Below, in pieces: positions 20,528 through 53,269 of a stretch of 64,000 nucleotides of DNA (its first letter is position 1; each line of letters opens with the position of its first letter). The notes below the pieces were generated by a model. The model was not told where the DNA came from and did not search any database. It was given only the letters and a program-made list of their open reading frames with translations. This stretch comes from the human T2T-CHM13v2.0 reference genome, Homo sapiens, in NCBI RefSeq assembly GCF_009914755.1, contig NC_060930.1; one strand, given 5' to 3'. Both the position numbers and the translations under genes were made by a program.

Positions 20528-21672
20528 CTACAGAATTGAATTTTTATTTTAAATACATTTCTGTTCTCCTTTCTCAAAAAGTAAATGGAATCTGTGGTCT
20601 CAAAACAATTTAATATGATAAAATACTGCCACCTGGAGATCAGAGGCAGGTATGACTAAGATGAACCTGATTTCCAATTCTGGAATAAGAAATGTGAGTT
20701 ATGTTGACACTTGATTTAATAATGCCATTCTGCCACTTGGTATCATATGAATCTAATTTTTCCTCATTTATTCATTCATTTAATGAACATTTGTTAAGTT
20801 TCTGTTACATGCCAGACACTATACTAAGCTTTGAGAATATAAAGATGTATACGACCTACTTCCTTCGAGCGGTTTGTCATTTTCCCATTCAACTTGGACT
20901 TAGTCTAAGCTCCTGCTTCATCTGACACAGTTCAGTTTTTGGACTTCCTTATTGTTACACACATTTCATCTTCAATCTCCATGAAATCTCCCAAAGATGT
21001 GGAACACAACCCCTTTTCTTTGATTATCATAATGATTCATTCATGACAAGCTGTGAGCTTATAGAGGACTTATGTTGCTGTCTGGGAGCATGGGGGATGT
21101 GTGTGCCTGTGTGTGTGTCAGTGTGTGCATTTACAGTAACATTAACAGTTGCAAATTGAATAACAGACTTTCTCTTTTTAAAGTCTTCCTCCTTCCTACC
21201 ACTTTGACAGGCCTTTCTCCCTCTGCCTCTGACCTCTTTTTTTTTTTTGGCTATCTCTTAGCAATAATCCCAACCCCCAAACTCACCCCAGTGAACAATT
21301 CTTCCAACTTTATTATACAGAATAATTCAATGTTCTCAATCTCATATCCTTAAACTCAGCCTCCTGCCCACCTGTGCACATCCAACTCTCAGACAACACA
21401 ATGGGTCTTCTACCTAGAGTCTCATCCCTTCTCTTGCCCCTATATTTAATATTTCCCCACTGACAGGAATTATGCCAATTTCTTAAAATTCAGAGTGGTA
21501 GCAGTTTGGGTTTTAAACAAATACTTTAAAATAGAGATATAAACGAAGTGTTATGGAAGCTTTTTCTTTGCTTCCCTTCCTCCTTCCCTCTCTTTCTTCT
21601 CCTTCTTTCCTTTCTTCTTTCTCGCCTCCCTTCCTTCCTCTTCCTCTGCTATATTGTAAGCTATCTCTACAC

Positions 21673-21723
21673 ATATTTCTTAGCAGCCTTGTGGTTCTCC
21701 ATGATAATACTGCTGAATTTGGA
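21673..21723 (-). pseudogene. Pseudo-exon VQIQQYYHGEPQGC*EI
   Basis: Very strong acceptor ttttctctctttttcttgaattttAG; 51 nt, phase 1-1; weak GT donor. Confidence 0.62.
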
Positions 21724-21790
21724 CTAAAATTCAAGAAAAAGAGAGAAAACTGAAGGAAGGGTTGTAATGCACTACTGCCAGTCTGCTTAC

Positions 21791-21953
21791 CCATGATATC
21801 CTTTGCTGTCTGGTTAAGTCTGTAACACAAACCTTCTTCTAAAGCTGGAGTGTTCATGTGGCAAGAACCAAGAACCTGGATACAGGATACTGGGAGAACG
21901 AATCATCTTCCTATCTTGCTGATAACCATCCCCTAATCCTGTTTACTCTTGGC
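21791..21953 (-). pseudogene. Pseudo-exon PRVNRIRGWLSAR*EDDSFSQYPVSRFLVLA/fs/MNTPALEEGLCYRLNQTAKDIM
   Basis: ttcctttttaAG acceptor; TGG|GTAAGC donor. Confidence 0.68.
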
Positions 21954-22072
21954 CTTAAAAAGGAAGTCTGAACTTGAAGTTGGATTAAAAGTAAATTTTG
22001 TAGAATCATAACCTGAAACCATCCCAAATATTACGTTTTTTTTTGTTTTGTTTTGTTTTTTAAAGAACCAAT

Positions 22073-22262
22073 CAGTCAATGATTCCCCTAAGCTTTAGGA
22101 TGGTTTCCTTCTTCAAACCACTTGGCAGAAAGGCCGGTGTAGCCAGAATTGCTCTGCTAAGAAAAAAAGAGCACTTGCCTGGGCAGTAGTGATGCCATCT
22201 GATTAGCATTATGACTGGGCCTACTTTGGTTTAAAGAGGGGTTGCTGGAATCACTTTACTTT
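22073..22262 (-). pseudogene. Pseudo-exon SKVIPATPL*TKVGPVIMLIRWHHYCPGKCSFFLSRAILATPAFLPSGLKKETILKLRGIID-W
   Basis: 62 codons with one stop; both splice sites decayed (tttcCG, AT) but phases 1 and 2 fit the neighbours. Confidence 0.55.
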
Positions 22263-22444
22263 CGGAAATAAAATCAGGAAGTTTCATTCATTCCTACCTC
22301 ATTTATTGAGCACCTACTTTATGTTATGTTCTTTGCAATGTGCTTAGGATACAAAAATCAAATAAAACATATTTGCCCTCAAGGAAGTTATAGCCTAGTG
22401 ATGAAGGCAGTTTATAAAAAACCATATATGTAGGAATGTTGTAA

Positions 22445-22743
<299 letters not shown>

Positions 22744-23078
22744 TGAGCCACCGCACCTGGCCCATATAACTTTTAAAGTCTGATTTTGCCCCTTGTTTTT
22801 CCAAAGCCATTAACAACAACAACAACAACAAAATACTTAAATTGGTAAGGGCCTCTGTGTTCATTTTTGGGCCTCTCACTAATACTTAAGATGTACAGCC
22901 TAGAGGCTGGGCACAGTGGCTCATGCCTGTAATCCCAGCACTTTGGGAGGCTGAGGCGGGGGGATCACGAGGTCAGGAGATGGAGACCTTCCTGGCCAAC
23001 ATGGTAAAATCCCGTCTTTACTAAAAATACAAAAATTAGCTGGGTGTGGTGGCACCTGCCTGTAATCCCAGATATTCA

Positions 23079-23515
<437 letters not shown>

Positions 23516-24094
23516 CTGTAAAGCAAGCCTATATAACACCTCACTATGGCCCATTTCTCTTAACTGGCCTTCCTGTTTCCATTCTTCTATAGAATAATCT
23601 TTTAAAAATGTAACTTAGACCATGTCATGCCTTAAAACTCTCCAATGCCTATTGCTGTGCTTAGGGGAAAAAATACAGATTTCTTATATTGGTTTAAAAA
23701 ACCCTTCCTGACCTGACCCTCTGGCAACCTTGGGGACTTCATCTCATACTACTTCTTGTCCCCCTGCACTCCAGACCACTACGCTGGCATTCTTTCAGTT
23801 CCGTGAACATGCCGAGCTCATTTCTGCTTTATGACTTCTTATCTTTTTTCTTAGCTGTTTCCTGAGCCAGACACGCAAAGAAGCATTAAGCAGTTACTAT
23901 CTTGGCCAAGGCATTCCGGCATCAGGGGAAATGGAAGTGGAAGCACACTTAGAAAATGATGGATAGGCTTCTGGGTAAAAACAAACAAAAACAAGAAACA
24001 AACAAAAAACATCTCTTCCCTATAAGAACCACAAAGGACAATACAGGAATGACTGTGCTTCAGGCACTGAGAGTATCCATTTGCTTTGAGATAC

Positions 24095-24566
24095 CTGCCT
24101 TCCCCTTTAGAGCAACAGTCCCCAATCTTTTTGGCACCAGGGACCAGTTTAGTGGAAAACAATCTTTCCATGGATGGGGCGGGGTGGGGGTTGGGGATGA
24201 AACTGAAACTGTTCCACCTGAGATCATCAGGCTTTCGTTAGATTCTCATAAGGACCACCGCCCACCTAGATCCCTTGCATGCGCAGTTCACATTAGGGCT
24301 CAGGCTCCTATGAGAATCTCATGCCACTGCTGATCTGACAGTAGGTGGGAGCTCAGGTGGTAATGCTCCCTCACTGGCCGCTCACCTCCTGCTGTGTGGC
24401 CCAGTTCCTAACAGGCCACGGACTAGTTCCAGTCTACAGCTGGAGGCTGGGGACTCCTGCTTTCATAGCGCCCTAACTTTCTGAAGGGAAAGGACAATGC
24501 ATGTTTGTAGCTCAACTAATGAGGCTGTACAAGAGAGGCTTCCAAACCCATTCATCACCTGAGGAC
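24095..24566 (-). pseudogene. Pseudo-exon PQVMNGFGSLSCTASLVELQTCIVLSLQKVRAL*RGRQ, split by MER1
   Basis: ctctctttctgtaAG acceptor; donor CAG|GTATCT; joins in phase after removing MER1 and one TSD copy. Confidence 0.55.
24113..24459 (+). mobile_element. MER1B-like hAT-Charlie non-autonomous DNA transposon
   Basis: Starts CAACAGTCCCCAATCTTTTTGGCACCAGGGACCAG, ends GGCTGGGGACTCCTG; degenerate TSD ctttagag/ctttcata. Confidence 0.85.
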
Positions 24567-25410
24567 CTTACAGAAAGAGAGGTTCCTGACTCAAGTAAAA
24601 TGTGAAAAAAGTTATGACACTTCTGATTCGAATGGAAACTTGAATACTTACTGAATATTTAATAACATTAATCATTCATTGCTGCTTAGGAATCATAAAG
24701 GCATTGTGGTGAAGTCTTTAAAAGTTTTAATCTTTTAGCAATCTATATTAAAATATTAGGGATTAAATTATATCTGAGATTTACTTCAACATAATACTAG
24801 AGACTGAAAAATGTCAGAAGAGGGGCTTTTTTTTTTTTACAGGTTTCATCTGAATACATATTTATCAGATCAATATTACAGGTTATCACATTATCTACTA
24901 CATACAGCTTTGCAAGACAGAAATCACAGTTTTCTGGCCAAGGTATGAAATGATTGCATTGTATATACAATGTACAAGGACAATGACAGTTTCTGGGTGA
25001 TTTACTTCTAGCTGCACTTGTGGGTGTGTTTACGCGTGTCCATGTGAATCACCTGAGATTATGATATCAAAAATTTATAAGTATAAATTCGGTTATAATT
25101 TTCTTCTCAAATGCCTGTTTCTTTTCTTATCCTCATAGCACCCTAAAAAATAACATAACAAAAATTCCATTCCATAAAGGATCAGGGTCAATGTCACTGG
25201 TAACAGCTATAATCGACATCATTGGCCAGGGGTTAATGGCTGGATGAGGGATTCATTATAGTCTTCTGTCTTCCTCAGTATATGTTTGAAATTTTCCATA
25301 AGACAAATTTTTTTTAAATAGAGATTTCTGGGCCCCCAGCAGATTTTTCTCTCAATGGCTCTCCACTGCCACTACTAGGAAATTCGCCAGCAGTATTCCT
25401 CCTTACCTAC

Positions 25411-25570
25411 CTATGCTATACAATGTATGAGTACTGGGAGGCAGGGGAAGGGTCTTGTTAATCAAAGCTCCCATCCTCTAAATATAATCCTCAGGAAGAA
25501 AGTATATGATTGGAGTAATTTATACAAGGTCTGCATTTAACAGTTAATCCAAAGAATGGATGCTTACAGT
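25411..25570 (-). pseudogene. Pseudo-exon TVSIHSLD*LLNADLV*ITPIIYFLPEDYI*RMGALINKTLPLPPSTHTLYSI-G
   Basis: Pyrimidine tract with decayed acceptor (tttAA); donor TAG|GTAGGT; phase 1 fits the next exon. Confidence 0.55.
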
Positions 25571-27847
25571 TTAAAGGAATTAAAGGAAAATCTAGAAAAT
25601 CTGAAAGATCATTTCTCTCAGGGAGGAACTCTAGATTTTAGATTAAAGAAATCACACTTGAAACTGTACCTCTACAACAACTCTATCTTGCGTCACTCTG
25701 TCCCTAGCCCAGTACAATTCACCTCACTAACCCTCTGCTTCCTCAAACATGTTAAAGTTCATTTTGCCTAATGGCCTGCATTTTAGCCGTATGTTCTATT
25801 CAAGAATGCTTCTTTTCTTCTCCTTCTCCTTCTTATTTTTTTTTTATTTTTTTGAGACAGGGTCTCATTTTGTAACCCAGGCTGGAGCACAGTGACATGA
25901 TCATGGCTAACTGCAGCCTTGACCTCCTGGGTTCAGGTGATCCTCCCACTTCAGCCACTCAAGCAGCTGGGACTACAGGCCTGCATCACCATGCCCAGCT
26001 AATTTTTGTATTTCTTGTAAAGACAGGGTTTTGCTATGTTGCCCAGGCTGGTCTCCAGCTCTTAGGTTCAAGCTATTTGTCTGCCTCAGCCTCCCAAAGT
26101 GCTGGATTACAGGCAAAAGCCACCGTGCCTGGCACTCAAGGACTCATTTTCCTCAGATCATTCCATGGCTGGCTCATGCACTTTATTCATATCTCTACCT
26201 CAAAGCTGCATTTTCGGGAAGGCCTTCCCTGATACTTCTCCTTCAGTACAAACTACTTTTGACCTTAAGCTGTTATTTCAGGACTCTCATCTGACTAAAT
26301 GAAACTATTTTATTTGCATACTAATTTATTGTCAGTCTCTTATATCGGGAATATAAGATCTCTGACTATAAAGCTCTTGTACCTTTTGTTGATAGATGCA
26401 TCCTGACCTCCTATCACAGGGTGTGGCTAAAATAGGGACTTAAAATAGGTATTCAAAACCTGAATACCTATTTCTGAATACCTGAAACATGTCCATTTAG
26501 AAGGGTACTTTCCTGTGTCCCTACATCATGTTGGAGGTTGTAAACACAAATGCTACAGGGCTCAGATGGGTACTAAAGACAAAGAAAAACTAGATATTAC
26601 TTGAACTGAGGTAAAGGAGGCAGATGCTTTCCAGCTTGAACCATTGTTGCCAGGCTACAATGCACATCTAACGTAGTCAGATCTTCCCGTTAATTCATGG
26701 GATGCCACATTGTTTTTATTCTTTCAATTTTAGCTGTTAGCAACCAATTTGAAAAAAAAAAAAGTAGCATGTGAATCACCAGTTGCAAGCTCTGTTCATA
26801 CAAATAAGACAATTCGACATTAATTAAAAGGAGAAACTGGGAAAAGATATTGAGCAGACTGTACAGTAGTGTTTGTAATGGTGAAAAATGGGAAACAACC
26901 TAAACATCCATCACTATGGGAATTCCCAAATAATTTGTGACAAATCTATTTGATAAAGTCTAGCTATATTTATCAATGTGGATAGCTCTCAAAAACACAG
27001 AATTTGGTGAAAAAATCAAGTTGCAGATCAATACACAAAATATAATAGCATTCATGTAAAACTTCAAATGCCCCAAACCATTCTACATATTGTTTATAAT
27101 ACATAGTAATAGTTTAAATATAGAAACCTAGATTGGCAAGATACATATCAAATTCATGATCCTGGTTGCCTCTCTGAGGGTGGTAGTAGAATGGGACTGA
27201 GAATAGGGAACACCTTCTTTATCTGTAATGCTCCATTTCTTTCATTCATAAATCTGTTCGTTCTGGATAGTGGGTGCGTTGTTTATTCTGTGCTTTTTTT
27301 TTTTAACATTTCAATAGTTTTGTTTTTTTTTTTTAAATGGCGGGTGGCGGAAGAACATCCTATCCTAGAAGCCAAGAGACTGGGGTTGTCTTTGCTCTGC
27401 CTTTTCTGGCATGGATACAATCTCTAGATATGGTTTCCCCATTAGCTAATGCGGGGGGTGCTATGTGGTGTTCCTCCAGAGTCCCTTCAATCTAAGGACC
27501 TGTGAATCTAAAACCTTCCCACCTCCCACTCCAACACCGGGAAGGCTACCCAGACCAGGCAATGAAACGTGCATTTCTTCCCTCATTTAAGATAGATCTC
27601 TTTCTCTCAGCCTGCAATTCCTTCTCCAGAGGCTTTAAGTATAGTGGAAGTAGAACTATCTTTGACGACAGAGAGACACCTGCATCAATTAGCCTTTCTG
27701 AGCCTCAAATTCCCCATTTGTAAAACAGAGAGTATAACACCTACCCATAAAATTGTAGAGAGGTTTAGATACACCGTTATGTGTAGGGCCCGAACAGAGT
27801 AGCTATTAATAGTGGTAACAGACTCTCAATTAGGGGCTCAACATCAT

Positions 27848-27885
27848 GGTCGCTGAACAGAATCACGGTCGCTGAACAGAATCAC
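27848..27885 (+). repeat. Perfect 19-bp tandem duplication GGTCGCTGAACAGAATCAC x2
   Basis: Direct observation. Confidence 0.95.
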
Positions 27886-28009
27886 ACTCTTCACGCCGCC
27901 TTGGAGCCAAAATTAGTTTAGCCGCGAGAAGTCCGGGCAACCAATCGGAAACAACCAAGGAACAGTTGCATGGCGACACTCTGGTTCCGCCTTCGGGCAT
28001 GCTCGAACA

Positions 28010-28028
28010 GCATTCTGGGAATTGTAGT
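28010..28028 (-). promoter_or_regulatory. ZNF143/THAP11 SBS motif ACTACAATTCCCAGAATGC
   Basis: Near-consensus match (plus strand GCATTCTGGGAATTGTAGT); typical of bidirectional promoters. Confidence 0.85.
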
Positions 28029-28052
28029 TCGGGGGGGGAATCTAACACTCAC

Positions 28053-47347
<19,295 letters not shown>

Positions 47348-47839
47348 AATGAAATGTAGTTTGCTTTCTTGTGATTTGAAGAGAAGCAGCAGTCTTTACT
47401 TTTCCAGCCAAATCCAGTAGCAGAATCATCTTCCACAACAAGGAATTAAAGTAATTAAAGTGCAAGTTCAATGATCGTTTTCACTTACTGCTTTTAGTAA
47501 ATGTGACTCGCTGTAATTCGCCATAACTGGAGGCCTAGGCCTTGTTGAAGGCTTCATCAGGAAATGTGATGCAGAGATTGTGCTGCTGTGCTTCATATTG
47601 TTGCCTTATGGGATTATACTTGAAATGCATTGTGCTGATGTTCTTGACAGGGCGGAGGGATTTCTCTTTCCTGAGCTCACCAAACTTATTCCAGTGTTGA
47701 TCGCAAGCTGTTGATGCACAGGCGTCTTGTGGCAAGCCCAGCTTCAGTTTATGTTAGACAATCAGTACACATGCTGGTGTGTTTTCCAATGGCCAGTGAT
47801 AAGAAATTAAATAAGTATTTGTGAGATTTGCTATTTTTT

Positions 47840-47845
47840 AATAAA
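47840..47845 (+). terminator. CCDC28A: CCDC28A polyadenylation signal
   Basis: AATAAA followed ~20 nt later by GU-rich TCTCTGTTGTCTGTTTT. Confidence 0.8.
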
Positions 47846-50309
47846 GTAATTGTTTTAAATTAATCTCTGTTGTCTGTTTTGAAGAAACCCATATAGTCTT
47901 CAATCTGGGAAATACAAGGGTTCAATCCTTAAAAGTAAACTGTGTTTATAAAATTTGAGGTTCTTGAACTCCTTGCAAATTCTGTACCTTGTGTACATTT
48001 AAATACTGGTGTGATGAAAGAATGTGAGCTTTAAAGTTACTTACACCTTAATTTGAATCGCCGTTCTGCCCCCTTAACTTTGTGTTCATGCACGTTTACT
48101 CAGGTTGGATTTTTTTCTTTTTTCTTTTTTTTTTTTTTTTAATCTAGAAAATGAGGTCAGTAACCAAGTTGGTAGTTGTTGTATGGGGAGTAAGTGAAAA
48201 AGCGCGTATAGGATGCTTAGCACAAGCCGGGCACGGTAGCTCACGCCTATAATCCCAGCACTTTGGGAGGCTGAGGCAGGTGGATCACTTGAGGTCAGGG
48301 GTTCAATACCCAGACCGGCCAACATGGTGAAACCCCATCTCCACTAAAAACACATACACACAAATTAGCCGGACGTGGTGGCGGGCTCCTGTAATCCCAA
48401 CTATCAGGGAGGCTGAGACACAGGAATTGCTTGAACTCAGGAGGCAGAGAGGTTGCAGTGAGCCGAAATTGTGCCACTGCACTCTAGCCTAGGCGACAGA
48501 GCAAGACTCTGTCTCAAAAAAAAAAAAAAAAAAGAGAGATGCCTAGCACAATAGCTGATACCAGTAATGCTCAGTAAACATTAATTTCATCACCCTTTAA
48601 AAACAGCTTTATTGAAACAATAATTTATGTCATAAAATGTACCCCTTTAAAGTGTACAATTCAGTGATTGTTAGTAGATTCATAGAGTTATATACCCATC
48701 ACCGTGATCTATCTAATTCTAGAACATTTTCATCACACTAAAAAGAATCCCATTAACAGTCACTCCTTGTCCCCTAATCCCCTCAGCCTTTGGCAGCCAC
48801 TAACCTCCTTTCCAGCTCTCTGGATTTTCTATTCTAGACATTTTATATAAATGGAATCATACAATACGTGGCCTTTTGTGACTGGTTTCGTTTACTTAGC
48901 ATGATGTTTTCAAGGATTGAAGCTTCATCCGTGTTATTGCATGTACTTCATTTCTTGTTTTGGCTGATCATATGCCATGGTATGGATAGAACACATTTTG
49001 CTTATTTATAACTCAGTTACCTTTGTGTTGCAGAAGATGCTCATGCTTCTGTCTCCTTGTTTCCAGGCCACAGAAATAAGCACCTAATTGGGGGAGGGGA
49101 GGAGAGGGACTTACTGAATATTTTTCAAATCTTGATTTTAATAATTTTTGGCTTTCTGAATTCAAAGTATTTTGATCAGTAAATTGGTCTTTTTAATACC
49201 CCTTTTAAAAATTACAGCATCATGGAGGAAACTTCATTTGGGTTGTGAGAATAGGGATTTAAGGGGAAAAAGTCGTACTCTAGGGTCTGACAGAGCGAAA
49301 GGACACTTTGTCATGTGACATGTTTTTCTTGGATTGGTCCTGAGATAGAGTAAAGCAAAAAGCTGGTTCCTGCGGGTTGTGACAGAGCAGTGGATTGACC
49401 TTGTTTATTCACTTGGTTCATTCGCCCTTTGTGTCACAGGGCCCTAAATGGGTCCCAGGTAGCGAAATATTAGCTTATCTAATTTGTATCCTTTCACACT
49501 CCTTAAACACATGTTCAAGGAAACAGGAAAAAATGCAGTGCCTGGATTAGAATAAAATTTAAGGCCTGGTTTGGTGACAGGCACCAGTACTTTTAGCTAC
49601 TCTGGAGGCTGAGGCGGGAGGATTGCTTGAGCCCAGGAGTTCTAGGCTATAGTGTACAATGATGATTTTACTGGCATACAGATGAAAAAGAAAAAGATAT
49701 TTGAAATAAAAATAAAAATATAGTGCACAATGACCAGGCCTGTGAATAGCCACTGCACTCCAGCCTAGGCAGCATAGCAAGATCACATTTCTCATATGAA
49801 ACTTTACTAGAATGAAACTTATGGTTTATTACATAGATGTTGCTTATTCGTTGTAGGAAAAATTGAATTACAGATGATTTTTAAAACTACCAGAGCAAAC
49901 CATTTAACCTATTTGTGTACATACTCCCAGATTTCTTACACACGTTGCAAAAAAAATAGATCGTACCATTCTGCTGGTTTTCTAAGCTGCTTTTTGTAAG
50001 TAATGTACTGTGAGCATCTTTTCATGGCCATAACTATTACATACAAAAGAAAAAAACAGGCTTCACAATAAATAGTTAAAAGACATTTTGACCTGAAACT
50101 AATGAAGAAGGGTTTTTGGTTTTGTTTTTGTACCTCCTGTATAATGCTGAAATTGGTAATTCTGCAGTAAATATTAACATTTTCTGAGGATCTGCTGAAG
50201 ATGAATGTGACAAAAAATAAGAAACTCCACTTTCCTCATCACACAGCCTTAATTAACATCGCTGGCTTTGTTTGAGATCAAGCAAACGTTGGCTTCAGTG
50301 TCCAAGTCT

Positions 50310-50990
50310 CTTCTTGGGGTCCCACGGCCTTGGGTCTGGCACCTCTGCTGGGCACCTCGCAGGGCTTCCGAGACGTGCCGCGACCCACGGGACCCCACGG
50401 AAGCTTTCTCCCACCGCAAGCTCCCTGGAGGCAGGGAAAGGAGCCGGGACCCGAGCCTAGCTGGCCTCAAGAGAAGGGCGGTGGCTCGCACGGCGCGGGC
50501 GGCTTTGCTCACTGCAGCTGGGGAGATGCAGGTTGGCCGTCGGGGCGCGGCGGCGGGAGGGGCTGCGGGCCTGTGGGGCGGGGTGGTGGCTCCGTGTTGT
50601 TGGATCCCTATGGAGATGACCCTGTCCCTGCCCCACCCCTCTCCGGAGCTGCGGCCCGAGTTGGCGCACTCGATTTTCACTGCGCGGTTCCAAGAGGAGA
50701 CAGCCGCCACTGTACCGGGCCTCATAGCCACTTCCTAGAGGTAAAGCCCGTGGCTTCTGAGCCGCTAGTCTTTTTCTTGGGGCCGCCCGGGGCACATCGC
50801 CTGGGCCGGCTTAGTTTCCCAGTGCAGTCGCCCAGGAAGACCCTAAGCAGCGCTGAGGGGCGCAGGGCCCTCCCTCCGCGACCCTGGAGTCCCTTAGCAG
50901 CTCTGGAATTAACCAAGATTCTGAAGAGGCTCTGGGGAGAAACAAAATCCACGCGTAGGGTAGGGTTTGCATCGGGCCATGCCAAGTAAA
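50310..50990 (+). promoter_or_regulatory. ECT2L: CpG island/promoter with probable non-coding first exon ending at 50740
   Basis: Dense CpG and GC boxes; donor GAG|GTAAAG at 50740/50741. Identity comes only from recalled gene order CCDC28A-ECT2L; no coding exon seen in the window. Confidence 0.62.
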
Positions 50991-52179
50991 CTCTTACCTC
51001 CTCCAGAGAACTGATTTGGGATCGAAGTAAAGTTCTTGAACACTTTGGAAAACGCTGATTTTCATAGGTTCACACCAACTGCCTTCTTCCTTCTGACAGT
51101 TCTCTCCCTCTTTCCTCCTATGGGGTCCAAAAATGTAGGGAGTAGGGTGGGGGCTGGGTTGGGGGAATGAGGGAGGAATACAAAAAATCTACTGTGAATA
51201 TAGGTCTTGGTTATAAGGATAGCTCTAAGAGTTAATATGCTAAGATTTGATGAGCAGGACAAATAAAACAGTGGTACTTTAAAATATCGATTTAAAAATA
51301 CCGATGCTGTGCTTATTAATAAACTTTGCATATGTATCAGAACACAATATCCTGACATCATTGGTGTTAAAGTTCACTGCAACCCATGCAATTGTATCCA
51401 AGCCTGTTAAAGTCTGTTCTGCAGGAACTGACATTTGTGCTCCACAGAAACCTCAAAAATCATGCTCTACAAACACTTATTTCAGTGGGAGGAAGAAGGG
51501 TTAAGGACTTGGAAGTTTTATAGCAACAGTTGCATCTTGTTTGTTACAGCTTTAATTTTATAGCTTTAAACTTATAAATCAGTGAGCACATCCACCATTT
51601 GAAAATACCAGCACAAGTATGGTATTTTCTATCACCGCCTGTAAGATCAATAGCCCAGGTTTCCTCAAAACACGCCATTATTTTCATTATCCATTGCTTA
51701 GTGTGTACTTAATAAAAATTATATACTGGCATGTAGTTTTACATGCCCTAAATGTGGGACATTTAACTCAACTGGAATTGTCTTTCATTTCTGTTTTTTC
51801 ACCAATCACACTTACTTTTCTTCTACTCCCGTTCTTTTGTGCGATCTTTAGAACCAGATACCTTTTTGGAGGCATATTTAAGGAAGTAAATTTTTGATAA
51901 ATAAAGGAATCATTGCACAATTTGCATGTGTGAATTGCAGAAGTACGCGCATGTAGGTACATACCTCTGCCGAGGAGCAATGTTTTAATTTCTAAGCCAC
52001 TCTGTCTACTGTAGTGGAGAAGGACCAGACTAACTTGCATTTCTCCAGCTGTATAACAGATAACCTGTGGAAACACAGTTAATTGACATCATTGCTCTTC
52101 TGTGTGATCCCAGTGAGGATTTAGCTCTCTATATGGGCTGGCAATTGTTCAGCCATTTCATCTTTTAATCTGGCTTTGG

Positions 52180-53124
52180 TTGTTCTGAGAGGAAAAAAAA
52201 AAACAAAAAACTTTTTTCTCTTTACTCTCACACACTCAGTACAGCCCTTCACCTCTTGTCACCAAAATGTATGGGAATTTCTTCCCACCGACAACCAATT
52301 CTCCAGTGGCCACCAACTCTACGTCCTATAATTTAACCCAGTTCTGACACTGTGTACCTGGAGTTAGTGTCAGATCCCATACGTTCAGGGCTCAGTCCCA
52401 AAAGACTGCCCCCCACTTCAAATGCCAATCACAAGTCCCAGGTTGTGACTATATGTTGTTTATGATTAACCAACCAGTTACAAATCTGGATTCCCACAAG
52501 CCCCTCCTCCGGTTTGATTAATTTGCTAGAGTGACTCACGGAATTCAAGGAAACACTTTACTTATGTTTGCCCATTTATTATAAAGGATATTACAAAGGA
52601 CAGATGAATAGCCAGATAGAAGAGAGGCCCAGAGAAAGGTATGTGGGCAAGGGTGTGGAACTTCCATGCCTTCTCAGCCCCTCCACATGTTCAGCTATCC
52701 CAAAGATCCCTGAATCTTGTCCTTTGGGATTTTAATGGAGGATTCATTCATAGGCACAATTGATGACATCATTGGCCATTGGTGATCACTCAACTTGAGC
52801 CCTTCTCTCCTCCCCAGAGGTCAGAGGATGGAGCTGAAAGTTCCAGCTGCATAATCACATGGTTGGTTTCCCTGGTAACCAGCCCCCATCCTGAAGCTAT
52901 CTAGGGGTCCACCAAGATTCACTTCATCTGAACAAAAGATGCTCCTATCACCCAGGAAATTCCAAGGGATTTCGGAGCTCTGTGTCAGGAACTGGGGTCA
53001 AAAACCAAATATTAGAACAAAAGATTCTCCTAGCATCCCTATCTACAAGAGTTTTAGGAGCTGTATGTCAGGAACCAGGGACAAAGATCAAATATATATA
53101 TTTCTTATTATTCTACCATATCAC
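52180..53124 (-). mobile_element. MER21-like ERV LTR
   Basis: gagttttaggagctgtatgtcaggaaccagggacaaaga...ccatatcaca end; agggctcagtcccaaaagactgcccc. Confidence 0.7.
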
Positions 53125-53269
53125 AGGTTGTCACACAACAGGCCCCATCCTTCTTTTGACTAAGCATGGAAGTGCCAATGTCAATTTCCGAGTTCCTCAT
53201 CAATATACCAGTTGTAAAGGATAGTCAGCCACGACATAGAAGTGTATTTCCAAATACATCCGTAGCAGT

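Noticed and set aside
22158-22180. CAG|GCAAGT...ttttcttAG as a tiny intron in the pseudogene
   Set aside because: Only ~22 nt, and the frame reads through it.
50249-50989. Overlapping 112-219 aa ORFs on both strands
   Set aside because: Stop-poor GC-rich CpG island; low-complexity peptides with no recognisable domain.
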